Shown in pieces: positions 50,655 through 60,330 of a DNA stretch of 64,000 bases; position 1 is the first letter of the stretch; every line of letters starts with the position of its first letter. The position numbers were made by a program, and so were the translations under genes. This DNA is from a candidate division FCPU426 bacterium (GTDB lineage Bacteria; Oederibacteriota; JAAXVQ01; JAUVAV01). The stretch spans positions 16,029 through 80,028 of the forward strand of contig DAOWGI010000024.1 in assembly GCA_030637655.1 (NCBI GenBank), written 5' to 3'. The notes under the pieces are model-generated. The model was given only the letters and a program-made list of their open reading frames with translations, was not told where the DNA came from and made no database searches.

Positions 50655-51176
50655 CTAATCCGCACGCTCCTCTGATGATTGTCCCGGTTTCTGCGCTTCA
50701 ACCGTATCATCTTTGGCAGGCAACGCGCCGCGCCAAGCCGGGTTAAAACGAATCGTTTCGGTTTGCAAATGGAGCTTTAACCGGGCCTTGTCCTGCACCG
50801 CAATCTCATGCTCATGGGACATGCGTAAAGCATCAAAAGGACAGGTTTCCACACAGATGCCGCAAAAGGTACAACGATCCAAATGAAACAAGTAATCATC
50901 CAGTTCACGTTTGTTGCTTCCGGCTATGGTCTTCACCTTAATCTCGATCGAACCATTAGGACAATTCCTCTGGCACATAAGACAGGCCGTGCATTTATGC
51001 TTGCCAGCCTCGGTACGCGGCATAACAAGCCGTCCGCGTGTTCTGTCCGGCCAGATCAAGCGTTCCTCCGGATATTGAATGGTGCAAGGCTTGGAAAACA
51101 TTTGCCGCAGCGTGATCATAAGTCCGGTGACAAGGCTCAGCACCGCGTCCCAGGGTTCTTTAAAAAATCGGTTCAC
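50655..51176 (-). CDS. nuoI: NADH-quinone oxidoreductase subunit I
   Basis: TIQYPEE; two CxxCxxCxxxCP motifs. Confidence 0.93.
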   Translation of the reverse strand: MNRFFKEPWDAVLSLVTGLMITLRQMFSKPCTIQYPEERLIWPDRTRGRLVMPRTEAGKHKCTACLMCQRNCPNGSIEIKVKTIAGSNKRELDDYLFHLDRCTFCGICVETCPFDALRMSHEHEIAVQDKARLKLHLQTETIRFNPAWRGALPAKDDTVEAQKPGQSSEERAD

Positions 51177-51198
51177 CGTTTTATCCTTCTCCTATATT

Positions 51199-51226
51199 GT
51201 AGAGGCGATTCGCGAATCGCCCCTAC
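51199..51226. repeat. GTAG-type REP between nuoH and nuoI
   Basis: GTAGAGGCGATTCGCGAATCGCCCCTAC. Confidence 0.7.
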
Positions 51227-51233
51227 AATATAA

Positions 51234-52271
51234 TCACATTAAAACTAATATTAAACCCGTAACCAGAATGTTGATAAACGCCAGCGGCGTCAAAACCTTC
51301 CAGCTCAGGTCCATCAACTGATCGGCCCGCAGGCGCGGATAGGTCCAACGGAACCAGATAAAAACAAACAATATGGCTCCGGTTTTGATCAAATACCAAC
51401 ACCACCCCGGCAAAAAAGGTCCTTGCCAGCCGCCTAAAAATACGGTGGCACCCAGGGCGGAAAGCACAAACATGTTAACGTACTCAGCTAAAAAGAAATA
51501 GGCAAAACGGATGCCGCCGTATTCCGTATGAAATCCGGCAGTCAATTCAGATTCCGCTTCCGGAATATCAAAAGGATTCCGGTTGGTCTCAGCCACCGCC
51601 GAGATCAGAAAAATAAAAAAGGCCACGGGTTGGTAAACCACAAAAGGAATTTTTTGCGCTTCCACTAAAGTATGTAAATCCAGACTTTTGGCCAACATTA
51701 CGGCTCCCAGCAAAGAAAGCACTAACGGAATTTCATAGCTGATCATTTGCGCTGCTGATCGCATGCCGCCCAGCAAGGAATATTTATTTCCCGAACTCCA
51801 ACCGGCCATCAGAATTCCGATCACACCCGGGGTTCCAATGGCTATCATATAAATAAGACCGACATTCAATTGCACTGGCACCAAATTTTTATCCATAGGC
51901 AAAGCAATCAGCGCTAAAAATCCGGACACAAACACCACATAGGGCGCTGCCCGGTATAAGGGCCGGTCCGCCCGGTTGGGAATTTCCGTCTCTTTAAGAA
52001 TCAGTTTAATGGTGTCAGCTATCACCTGTAGCACACCATGCCACCCCACCCGCATGGGTCCCAGACGCGCCTGCATGTGCCCGGCAATTTTACGTTCCGC
52101 GTACACCAAAACCATGACCACACTGGCACAGAAGGCAAACAGGACAAACATCACGATCAGAGTGCCCAGCCCGTCCGCCCAAAACACAGATGTTCCTGCC
52201 CAATCTGCCAGCCAATGCAACTGCGCTCGTGTCCATTGCACTATTCGTGAAAGATCATAAATATAGTTCAT
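51234..52271 (-). CDS. nuoH: NADH-quinone oxidoreductase subunit H
   Basis: ERKIAGHMQARLGP, AETNRNPFDIPEAESEL. Confidence 0.96.
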   Translation of the reverse strand: MNYIYDLSRIVQWTRAQLHWLADWAGTSVFWADGLGTLIVMFVLFAFCASVVMVLVYAERKIAGHMQARLGPMRVGWHGVLQVIADTIKLILKETEIPNRADRPLYRAAPYVVFVSGFLALIALPMDKNLVPVQLNVGLIYMIAIGTPGVIGILMAGWSSGNKYSLLGGMRSAAQMISYEIPLVLSLLGAVMLAKSLDLHTLVEAQKIPFVVYQPVAFFIFLISAVAETNRNPFDIPEAESELTAGFHTEYGGIRFAYFFLAEYVNMFVLSALGATVFLGGWQGPFLPGWCWYLIKTGAILFVFIWFRWTYPRLRADQLMDLSWKVLTPLAFINILVTGLILVLM

Positions 52272-53410
52272 CGATCAATCTCAGGCACAATAAAGTCTAT
52301 GCTGCCCATAATGGCAACCACATCCGCAACTTGAACATGGTGTAATAATTTCGGCATGACCGAAAGACCGGCAAAACTCGGGACCCGGATCCGGCAGCGG
52401 GCGGGCTTGGCCGACCCGTCTGAAACCAGGTAGAATCCCTGAATGCCGCGGGATGATTCCACGCGGGCATAAGTTTCGCCAACCGGCGGCCGGAATACGC
52501 GCGATACTTTGGCCGTGATCTCTCCGGCCGGTAATTGGTCCAGCGCCTGCTTAATAATCCGGGCGCTTTGACGCATCTCTTCCACCCGCACGCGATAGCG
52601 CGCCAAGGCATCTCCCTCGGATTGCGTGCAGACCTTAAAATCAAATTCAGCATACACGGAATACGGATCATCTTTACGCAAGTCTTTGCTCACACCGGAA
52701 CCGCGCAAATTCGGACCGGTCACAGCATGCGAATGAGCTAATTCCTGAGTCAGTGTGCCAATACCGCGTGTACGTGCCAAAAAAATGGCATTGTCCGAGA
52801 GTAACCGATCATATACATCAGGCATACGCTCAAAATATTTTAAGAAATCCCGCACTCGTTCAATAAATCCAGCCGGCAGATCACGCGCCACCCCGCCGAT
52901 ACGGCAATAATTAAAGGTCATACGCTGACCGCATAAAAGATCGAAAATTTCCAGGATCATCTCACGCTCACGGAAGGTATAGGTCAGGGGGGTAAAAGCG
53001 CCGACATCCATACCCATGGCGCCCAACCAGACCAGATGACTGGATAAGCGGCATAGCTCCCCGGAAATCACCCGTAAATATTCAGCCCGTCGGGGCACTT
53101 CAATCCCAGCCAACTGTTCGCAGGCCAGGCAATAGCACCATTCATTAAAGATTGCGCTCAAATAATCAAGCCGGTCTGTCAGATAAATATACTGATTGTA
53201 GGTCATGGCTTCCGCCATTTTTTCATACCCGCGATGCACATAACCTATGTCCGGCTGCGCGGACACTACGCGCTCACCATCCAGCTTTAAGATCAAACGC
53301 AAAGCACCGTGCGTACTGGGATGCTGGGGTCCCATGTTTAACGTAATGACATCGGTCTGCAATGCTTCCGGATGGGATAAAGTATCCACTGACTTGGATT
53401 GTGCTTCCAT
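52268..53410 (-). CDS. nuoD: NADH-quinone oxidoreductase subunit D
   Basis: NMGPQHPSTHG, HRGYEK, DRLDY; no hydrogenase CxxC motifs. Confidence 0.95.
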   Translation of the reverse strand: MEAQSKSVDTLSHPEALQTDVITLNMGPQHPSTHGALRLILKLDGERVVSAQPDIGYVHRGYEKMAEAMTYNQYIYLTDRLDYLSAIFNEWCYCLACEQLAGIEVPRRAEYLRVISGELCRLSSHLVWLGAMGMDVGAFTPLTYTFREREMILEIFDLLCGQRMTFNYCRIGGVARDLPAGFIERVRDFLKYFERMPDVYDRLLSDNAIFLARTRGIGTLTQELAHSHAVTGPNLRGSGVSKDLRKDDPYSVYAEFDFKVCTQSEGDALARYRVRVEEMRQSARIIKQALDQLPAGEITAKVSRVFRPPVGETYARVESSRGIQGFYLVSDGSAKPARCRIRVPSFAGLSVMPKLLHHVQVADVVAIMGSIDFIVPEIDR

Positions 53411-53413
53411 AAC

Positions 53414-53887
53414 TTATGCTCCCGGACGTTTTAACATTCGTTCGTCCTTATAATCCTTTCGCAACGGATGGCCTTTCCATTCATCGGGCAGCAAAATCCG
53501 GCGCATATCCGGATGTCCGGAAAAACGAATGCCGAACATATCAAAAATTTCCCGTTCATACCATTCGGCGCTGCCATACACCGGGCACAGGGTTGGCACT
53601 TTTGCCCCTGCCCGCGAAATGCTCACTTTTACGGTGAGCTTGCGGGTGATGATCTGGTTGCTGGTTAGGCGCAAGACCAGTATAAACTGTTCACCTGTAT
53701 CTAAGGCCGTATAGTCTTCCAACACCTCCAAGCCAAATTCCTGGGCTGTCTTCAATTGTTCGCATACAGCCACCAGCTGCTCAACAGATCCCAGCAGCAA
53801 TTCCGGCCCAAAGGCTTTGCCCGCCTCAGCCTTAGCTTCAGGAAAGGCAGCTTGTAATTGCTCTACCTGCAATTCCGGCCGGCTCAT
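53414..53887 (-). CDS. nuoC: NADH-quinone oxidoreductase subunit C
   Basis: [25 protein letters not shown]. Confidence 0.95.
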   Translation of the reverse strand: MSRPELQVEQLQAAFPEAKAEAGKAFGPELLLGSVEQLVAVCEQLKTAQEFGLEVLEDYTALDTGEQFILVLRLTSNQIITRKLTVKVSISRAGAKVPTLCPVYGSAEWYEREIFDMFGIRFSGHPDMRRILLPDEWKGHPLRKDYKDERMLKRPGA

Positions 53888-54408
53888 GCGCGCTCCTTGG
53901 GCCGGCGGCCGGGCAACCGCTCCTTGGCAATCTTTTTTTCCAACTCCAAAACCGCATTAAGTAAAGCCTCGGGTTTGGGTGGACAACCGGGCAGATAAAT
54001 ATCTACCGGTATGAGTTTATCAACACCCCGCACCACACCATACGAATTATAATAAAAAGGTCCGCCGGAAATAGCACAGGAGCCCATGGCAATAACATAG
54101 CGCGGCTCAGCCATCTGTTCGTACAGCCGTTCGATGCGCGGCGCCATTTTCCAGCACACCGTGCCGGCTACTACCATCATATCCGCTTGACGAGGTGATG
54201 CCCGCAGCACCTCATTCCCCAGACGCGCCCAATCAAATCGCGGCGCGCCGGTAGAAAACATCTCAATCGCGCAACAGGAAAGACCAAACGTTAGCGGCCA
54301 GAGTGAATTTTTACGTCCCCAATTGATAAAAAATTCTGCTGACGAGAGCAGAATGCCTCCGCCTGGAAAACGTTCCACCACACCGGTGATTTTTTCCACT
54401 ACCGCCAT
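53884..54408 (-). CDS. nuoB: NADH-quinone oxidoreductase subunit B
   Basis: [19 protein letters not shown]. Confidence 0.96.
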   Translation of the reverse strand: MAVVEKITGVVERFPGGGILLSSAEFFINWGRKNSLWPLTFGLSCCAIEMFSTGAPRFDWARLGNEVLRASPRQADMMVVAGTVCWKMAPRIERLYEQMAEPRYVIAMGSCAISGGPFYYNSYGVVRGVDKLIPVDIYLPGCPPKPEALLNAVLELEKKIAKERLPGRRPKERA

Positions 54409-54761
54409 CGCAGGGCTCCTTTTCTCCAGGCATAGGCCAAACCCAGCAATAAAATAAAAATAAAGATAACCATTTCAATAAAAGCGAACAAACCGAGATC
54501 TTGAAAAACAACTGCCCAGGGAAATAAAAAGACTACTTCCACATCAAAAATGACAAATACCAGGGCAAAAAGATAAAACGAGGTGCGAAATTTAACCCGA
54601 GCCGGGCCAATGGCAGGTTCCCCGCATTCGTAGGGTTCCATTTTTAATGGTGTAGGATTCATGGGCCGAACCAGCCAGGAGACAAATATCCCTGCGGCCA
54701 GGCAGAAAACACCTACACCCAGAGCAATGAAAATAGTGGTATATGATCCGATCTGTTCCAA
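54399..54761 (-). CDS. nuoA: NADH-quinone oxidoreductase subunit A
   Basis: [23 protein letters not shown]. Confidence 0.95.
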   Translation of the reverse strand: MEQIGSYTTIFIALGVGVFCLAAGIFVSWLVRPMNPTPLKMEPYECGEPAIGPARVKFRTSFYLFALVFVIFDVEVVFLFPWAVVFQDLGLFAFIEMVIFIFILLLGLAYAWRKGALRWR

Positions 54762-54829
54762 AGATTTTTCCCTCTCAAAAAAATATGCCGGCTAACGTGC
54801 TAACGTGATGAGCGTAAGCCTGTGTGTTT

Positions 54830-55798
54830 TTAGCGATCACGATTAACAGCATATTCAGCCAAACAATGCAATTCGTGCTTGGCTCTGGTTTCCTTAAAAT
54901 TCCGCAAAGCCCGCTTGGCTGTGACTATAAATTCTTGGGCCATGGCTTTGGCTTCTGTGATAATCCCGCGTTCTTGCAAAATCCTGCGGATGAAGGGCAA
55001 GTGCTTGGCACCCGCAGCCACAGCGCGGGAAAACTTTTTTTGCTCAATTTTAGGCAGCTTTTGCATAGCTAAAATAATTGGCAGCGTAATCCGGCCCTCT
55101 TTTAAATCCACACCCAATGTTTTTCCCACCCGTGCGGAATTGCCGGTAAAATCCAAAATGTCATCCTGTATTTGAAAAGCCATGCCTAAGGCCTGCCCAA
55201 AAACAGATAAGGTTCCAACCTGATTCGGCGTTCCGCCTGCCAGCTCAGCGCCGCCTTCACAGCAAGCAGAAAAAAGACTCGCTGTCTTGTTGCGAATAAT
55301 GTCTTGATATTGCAGTATTGATAAATTCAATTTTCCGCGAAAATAATGTTCTTGAGCTTCGCCCAAACAGACCTGCCTGGCTGCCTGTAATACCACTTTT
55401 TGCGTCTTGGGAGGAATATGCTCAAACACAATCGTCATGACTTGTGTGAATAACAAATCACCCATCAACACCGCGGTCTCGTTTCCATGCTGAGCATTCA
55501 TAGTGGCGGTATGCCTGCGTTGTTTGGCATTATCAATCACATCATCATGAATCAGCGTGGCAGTATGGAAAAGTTCAACTGCCGCGGCCAATCGCTCAAC
55601 CGGCGCGGTTATCCGGCCACAGGCACGGGCTGCCAACAATGTCAAATGAATTCGCAACTGTTTCCCTCTCACAGCTGAAGTATTACGCAGCCACGGTCTG
55701 AGAAACGAATCCTGAGATTTATACAGACACTCTACCTGGCTATTCACGCGAGCCAAGGCTTTATGTATCAACTTGTAATTATCAGAAAAACGTAACAT
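54830..55798 (-). CDS. Polyprenyl diphosphate synthase
   Basis: HDDVID..RR and QDDILD aspartate-rich motifs. Confidence 0.92.
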   Translation of the reverse strand: MLRFSDNYKLIHKALARVNSQVECLYKSQDSFLRPWLRNTSAVRGKQLRIHLTLLAARACGRITAPVERLAAAVELFHTATLIHDDVIDNAKQRRHTATMNAQHGNETAVLMGDLLFTQVMTIVFEHIPPKTQKVVLQAARQVCLGEAQEHYFRGKLNLSILQYQDIIRNKTASLFSACCEGGAELAGGTPNQVGTLSVFGQALGMAFQIQDDILDFTGNSARVGKTLGVDLKEGRITLPIILAMQKLPKIEQKKFSRAVAAGAKHLPFIRRILQERGIITEAKAMAQEFIVTAKRALRNFKETRAKHELHCLAEYAVNRDR

Positions 55799-55906
55799 AA
55801 CACCCTTTGAGGCCGGCCTGAACACAGCAATGTATGCGAAGCAATCGCATAATACACGACCCAACATAGAATATCAGAAAAAATTCCGGCTATCCCTGAT
55901 TAGTAG

Positions 55907-56638
55907 TTAAAAATTACCCTGACCCAGGCTTTTATGTTTGTCATGACGTTTGATTTCATTGAGCACTACTTTCAGATCATCAGTCACTTCAATCATCGCC
56001 AGTTCTTTTCTATCCACCATACCCTGCTCTACCATGCTGGTATTCATCCAGTCCAGCAATCCCTGCCAGTATTCCTTGCCAACCAAGATAACAGGAAAGG
56101 GTCTGATCTTCTGCGTCTGAATCAGAGTTAATACTTCAAAACATTCATCCATAGTACCCAACCCGCCGGGCAGGATTACGGCAGCTGAAGCATATTTAAT
56201 GAACATCACCTTGCGCACAAAAAAGTAACGAAATCCTATTGGGATATTAACATACGGATTGACTTTCTGTTCTTCCGGTAATTCGATATTCAGACCAACA
56301 GACTTGCCGCCTGCCTCATAGGCACCTTTGTTGGCAGCTTCCATCAGTCCGGGTCCGCCACCGGTAATGATGGCATATCCGGCCTTGACCAATTTATTAG
56401 CAATAGTCTGTGCCAACTGGTAGTACTTGGTGTCCGGCGCCGTACGGGCTGAACCAAAAATTGTCACTGCCGGACCGATTGCGGACAGCATTTCAAACCC
56501 ATCCACAACTTCAGACATAATTCGAAAAACCCGCCGGGAATCATCCTCAAACAGACTCCGCTGCGAGAGCGACAGGTACTTATTATGCATTTTTTTTGCA
56601 TTGGTTCGACGGGAATCTTTCCTGGACGCCCTGCTCAT
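55907..56638 (-). CDS. LOG-family (TIGR00730) protein
   Basis: FGSAR, TGGGPGLM, PGGLGTMDE. Confidence 0.9.
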   Translation of the reverse strand: MSRASRKDSRRTNAKKMHNKYLSLSQRSLFEDDSRRVFRIMSEVVDGFEMLSAIGPAVTIFGSARTAPDTKYYQLAQTIANKLVKAGYAIITGGGPGLMEAANKGAYEAGGKSVGLNIELPEEQKVNPYVNIPIGFRYFFVRKVMFIKYASAAVILPGGLGTMDECFEVLTLIQTQKIRPFPVILVGKEYWQGLLDWMNTSMVEQGMVDRKELAMIEVTDDLKVVLNEIKRHDKHKSLGQGNF

Positions 56639-57498
56639 GCTTGCTTTCTCCCCTCTCTGAGTTGTGCTGCTTTTAGGGTATTGGACATCAGCATGGCAAT
56701 GGTGGTTGGTCCCACTCCACCGGGAACCGGAGTAATAAAGGCTGCTCGTTCTTTTGCCTGCTGAAAAGCTACATCACCACACAAACCGCTCTCGTCCCGA
56801 TTCATGCCCACATCAATCACTATGGCCTGCGGTTTAATCCAATCCCCCGGGACACAGAATTTTTGGCCCACAGCCACTACCAGAATATCCGCGGTCCGGC
56901 ATTCAGCAGCCAGATCTTGTGTGCGGGAGTGACACAGCGTGACTGTGGCATGTTCCTGAAGCAGGAGCATGGTAATGGGCTTGCCGACAATATTCGAGCG
57001 TCCCACAATCACAGCCTTTTTTCCTTTGATATCAACACCGGTGCTATAAATCAATTCCATAATACCCAACGGTGTACAGGGCACCAAGCGGGGATTGCCG
57101 ATAAACAGACTACCCATATTATATGGATGAAAACCATCAACATCCTTGCCCGGATCTATGGCCCGAATGATTTTATCTGCACTAATCTGTTTGGGCAAAG
57201 GCAATTGGACCAGAATACCATCCACCTGCGGATCACAATTGAGCTTTTCCACCAAGGCCAGCAAGTCTGCTTCCGTGGTATTAGCCGGCAGATCAAGCGC
57301 AAAAGAAAGAATCCCCAGTTCCCGGCAGCGTACGCGTTTGTTGCAAACATAGATTTGAGAAGCCGGATCTTCCCCGACTTGGATTACCGCCAGGCCCGGC
57401 TCCCGTCCGATCTGCTGCTTGAATTCCTTGACCTGCTTTTCCACCCGTTGGCAAACTGTATTGGCAATAGCTTTGCCATCAATAATTATTGCTGACAT
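56635..57498 (-). CDS. folD: Methylenetetrahydrofolate dehydrogenase/cyclohydrolase
   Basis: KDVDGFH, GRSNIVGKP, TPVPGGVGP. Confidence 0.97.
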   Translation of the reverse strand: MSAIIIDGKAIANTVCQRVEKQVKEFKQQIGREPGLAVIQVGEDPASQIYVCNKRVRCRELGILSFALDLPANTTEADLLALVEKLNCDPQVDGILVQLPLPKQISADKIIRAIDPGKDVDGFHPYNMGSLFIGNPRLVPCTPLGIMELIYSTGVDIKGKKAVIVGRSNIVGKPITMLLLQEHATVTLCHSRTQDLAAECRTADILVVAVGQKFCVPGDWIKPQAIVIDVGMNRDESGLCGDVAFQQAKERAAFITPVPGGVGPTTIAMLMSNTLKAAQLREGRKQA

Positions 57499-57639
57499 TA
57501 TACTTCCTCCAAATAATAGAGACGCTCTACTCTACTACAGAAGACTACAAAAAACTACAGAAGACTAAAATACTCTAATCAACCGGCGCGACGCAACCTC
57601 TATTTTACTTTCAGGCCAAAATAACTTGCCGTGACGTTT

Positions 57640-57844
57640 GAGGCAACAAGACCGTTACCTTGCAGCTTCCTTCAGATTCCACCTCGCACTGGAGACCCTT
57701 GCCGTCCCGTTAACACTTCCCCTTGTCGGGTGTGTAAAAAACTTCGATGTAGGGAACGGTCGCGACCGTTCCCTACATGTATTCCGGTCGGAGGACCGTT
57801 CCCCACTACGTCACCTTATGGCAGATGCGCCCGGACGGGCGCAC
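57640..57844 (-). ncRNA. Group IIC intron 5' fragment interrupted by a REP
   Basis: GTGCGCCCG...GGGCGCA start and GCAAGGGTCTCC...GGAATCTGAAGGAAGC; directly after a terminator; 3' limit approximate. Confidence 0.75.
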
Positions 57845-57851
57845 GATACGC

Positions 57852-57886
57852 AAAAAGGCAGGAGGGTTTTCCCTCCTGCCTTTTTT
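57852..57886. terminator. Rho-independent terminator, probably bidirectional
   Basis: AAAAAGGCAGGAGGG-TTTT-CCCTCCTGCCTTTTTT. Confidence 0.85.
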
Positions 57887-57935
57887 ATTGCTTTTGTTGG
57901 GGGGCGATTACATGGAATCGCCCCTACGATTAAAT

Positions 57936-58280
57936 TTATATCGAGAACCCCAAGGTCATTAAATATTCCATAATAATTGCGTGTTGGTCAGTGGAAAGAT
58001 CCATAAACTCAATCCCCGCACTGGAAAAAGCTTTCTTGGTCTCTACCCAACGCGCCTTGCCTTCCACATTTAGTGATTTCCGGGTATTGGGCAGAGTAAA
58101 ACTCATTTGCAGGAGATCGTTTTTACTAATCTTCGAATTGCTTTCCAAGAGCAATCCATCCGGTGTTATATTTTTCACCACACCTTGACATTCGATTCCC
58201 ACCCCATCAGAGGCGCTATTCAAGTTTTCCAAAAGAAAAAAAACCTGAACTCTGGGAATACGTCTGCGGTCCTGCGTCAT
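57936..58280 (-). CDS. PilZ domain protein
   Basis: RRIPR and NITPDG motifs. Confidence 0.82.
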   Translation of the reverse strand: MTQDRRRIPRVQVFFLLENLNSASDGVGIECQGVVKNITPDGLLLESNSKISKNDLLQMSFTLPNTRKSLNVEGKARWVETKKAFSSAGIEFMDLSTDQHAIIMEYLMTLGFSI

Positions 58281-58735
58281 TGTGCCTCCTTGTCCTCTTC
58301 TTCATCCGTATGCTCAGGTCGATTCCAAGCATTAAAAATATGTTCAATTAAATCCTCCGGCGAGAATGGTTTTAACAAACAAGCCTGTGCGCCTGCTGCT
58401 AAACCCTGATCAATGTCCTGTTGCCGTCCCCGCTCAATCACAATCACCAATGCTCCAAACTTTTTGCGATGCACAGTTTGACAGGTTTGGATGAACTCCA
58501 ATCCTTTAGTATCCAACGCATGGATTTCTGTAAAAATAAGGTCAATAAACGCTTGAGAAGACTGGATATAGGCCAGAGCCGCGGTTTGAGATTCAAATTG
58601 TTGCACATCCAATCCATCGGTAATCTGCTTGTGCTCTCGCGCCAAAGCTTTGGCTTTGGCATAAAAGCTAACCCAAATTGTTTTTTTTAATAAATTAGAT
58701 AATTCAATATCATTATCAACAGTGATGACTTTCAT
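58277..58735 (-). CDS. Atypical receiver domain protein
   Basis: AGAQACLLKPFS; phospho-Asp position reads E (DLIFTEI). Confidence 0.7.
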   Translation of the reverse strand: MKVITVDNDIELSNLLKKTIWVSFYAKAKALAREHKQITDGLDVQQFESQTAALAYIQSSQAFIDLIFTEIHALDTKGLEFIQTCQTVHRKKFGALVIVIERGRQQDIDQGLAAGAQACLLKPFSPEDLIEHIFNAWNRPEHTDEEEDKEAQ

Positions 58736-58792
58736 GCCAATGCCTCCTGGTACGTTCGAGTCCACCGATGAAAAACATACTGCCGGAAAGTG

Positions 58793-59056
58793 CTAGGCTT
58801 CTTTGTTTTTCAAAACTTCGGGCTCTGTTTTGGGTTCCGGCAGTTTTTTTATAGCCACGCGCCACAACATAGCCACAACTCCCAGGGGTCCAAAAAAAAG
58901 ACCGATCAGTCCCCACATATACGGATTTCTACCTTTCAGATCAGCCAGTGCTACATTGACAACCGCACAGATTGCCCATAGTCCTAAAATAAAGGTCCAA
59001 AATTTTACCGCAGCCTCGACTGTGCCAAAAATAGGAACTTGTTCCACAAGATTCAC
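58793..59056 (-). CDS. Small membrane protein
   Basis: KGRNPYMWGLIGLFFGPLG. Confidence 0.7.
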   Translation of the reverse strand: MNLVEQVPIFGTVEAAVKFWTFILGLWAICAVVNVALADLKGRNPYMWGLIGLFFGPLGVVAMLWRVAIKKLPEPKTEPEVLKNKEA

Positions 59057-59087
59057 CTCATTGTCTCAACCTACGTGCAACCGCATT

Positions 59088-59672
59088 TTATTCTGTTTCT
59101 GCTTCAGGCAGATTCTCTTCCTCAGCTTCTTCCATCTCCGCAGGAGGACGCTCTTCGTCCGGCATTTCTTCTAAAATATCGTTTTTTGTTTTGTTTCGTT
59201 TAAACCTGGCCGGAGGATTGCATTCTTTACAGGACATATACTCTTGTTGAATAGCCGTTTTAGCAGAGGAAAATCCCCTCCGGTTTTTAGCAGGTATGTC
59301 TTTGATAAGTGGGCACCATTCATTATGGTAAATTTTTCGAGCACAATCACCCACATAAGTTTTTTTACGTTCAATCGGAACCGAGAGTTTTTTGATTTCC
59401 TTGCTTTTTAAGGATGGTTGTCCTATCGGTGGAACACACTTTTTACAGGGATAAAACCCGCATGATTCCGCCTCAGGTTCGGAATTGAATAAACGGAGAT
59501 ACCTTTCATTGATGTTCTCCACTTCAGAACATGTCTCTTTATGATATATTTTATTCTCCCGGTCCGCGTAAATTTTTGCTTGAACGGTCTGAACGCCGAA
59601 AAAAACAAGCACGTACCCCAAAAGCATTGCCAAGGCACAACGAAAATAAAAAATGTCTTTTTTTTGCTTCAT
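59088..59672 (-). CDS. Exported protein with two Ada-like metal-binding domains
   Basis: Signal peptide; two KIYH...C...F.S...A...Y/F.xCKxCxP repeats. Confidence 0.72.
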   Translation of the reverse strand: MKQKKDIFYFRCALAMLLGYVLVFFGVQTVQAKIYADRENKIYHKETCSEVENINERYLRLFNSEPEAESCGFYPCKKCVPPIGQPSLKSKEIKKLSVPIERKKTYVGDCARKIYHNEWCPLIKDIPAKNRRGFSSAKTAIQQEYMSCKECNPPARFKRNKTKNDILEEMPDEERPPAEMEEAEEENLPEAETE

Positions 59673-59747
59673 TTTTTCATCACTTCTTTCTTAACCAACA
59701 TTTCATCCCCTTGGCAGGAGACCCCGGACTTGCCCCGGCAGGAGGGA

Positions 59748-60095
59748 TCAATAACTCATAGCACCGGCAATAAATGAATGCAAACGCTCACGATCTTCAA
59801 TCTCAATTCTATTGAACATTATGCCGTGCGCAAAAACATCCTCGCCATTTTCATTCACAGGACGAGACCATAAAATGTCCGCCCGGACATGGGTTGGGGT
59901 TGTTATTTTTGGCAAAAAAATATCAAATTCCATAGGAGTAGCGACCGCTAGCGCTGTCGAACTGATCAGGGACGCGCCTTCTTCGCTCAAATTATTTAAA
60001 TAGGCTTCTTGCGGTTGCTCAGATCCTGGCAGAATGAAGTTAACCGGAATATCGACTTCAACACGAGCGTATTTACGATAATTAACAATACCCAT
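59748..60095 (-). CDS. PilZ domain protein
   Basis: RKYAR and NLSEEG motifs. Confidence 0.82.
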   Translation of the reverse strand: MGIVNYRKYARVEVDIPVNFILPGSEQPQEAYLNNLSEEGASLISSTALAVATPMEFDIFLPKITTPTHVRADILWSRPVNENGEDVFAHGIMFNRIEIEDRERLHSFIAGAMSY

Positions 60096-60234
60096 GGTGA
60101 CTTCTCCTGATACTGTTACACAGACTTCCGGCCTGCCCTGGCACATCCGGGGCAACAGCCACAACTTCCAGCTCTATTTTATCACTGCTTGGACAGCAAT
60201 TCAAATCATATCCCACGTAATTTTCGGGAATATG

Positions 60235-60330
60235 CATGTAGGGAACAGTCCCTCAGCCGGAATGCGTGTAGGGAACGGTCGCGACCGTTCCCTACAAAAG
60301 GGATTCCCTTCGGTTGCGACCGTTCCCGGC
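60235..60330. repeat. GTAG-type REP cluster
   Basis: GTAGGGAACGGTCGCGACCGTTCCCTAC, identical to 57749-57776. Confidence 0.75.

Noticed and set aside
52268-54408. Group 4 NiFe hydrogenase
   Set aside because: The large subunit lacks Ni-binding CxxC motifs and NuoB has the tandem CC of complex I
57525-57575. Short ACTACAGAAG-type tandem repeat upstream of folD
   Set aside because: Only about three degenerate units; no function can be supported
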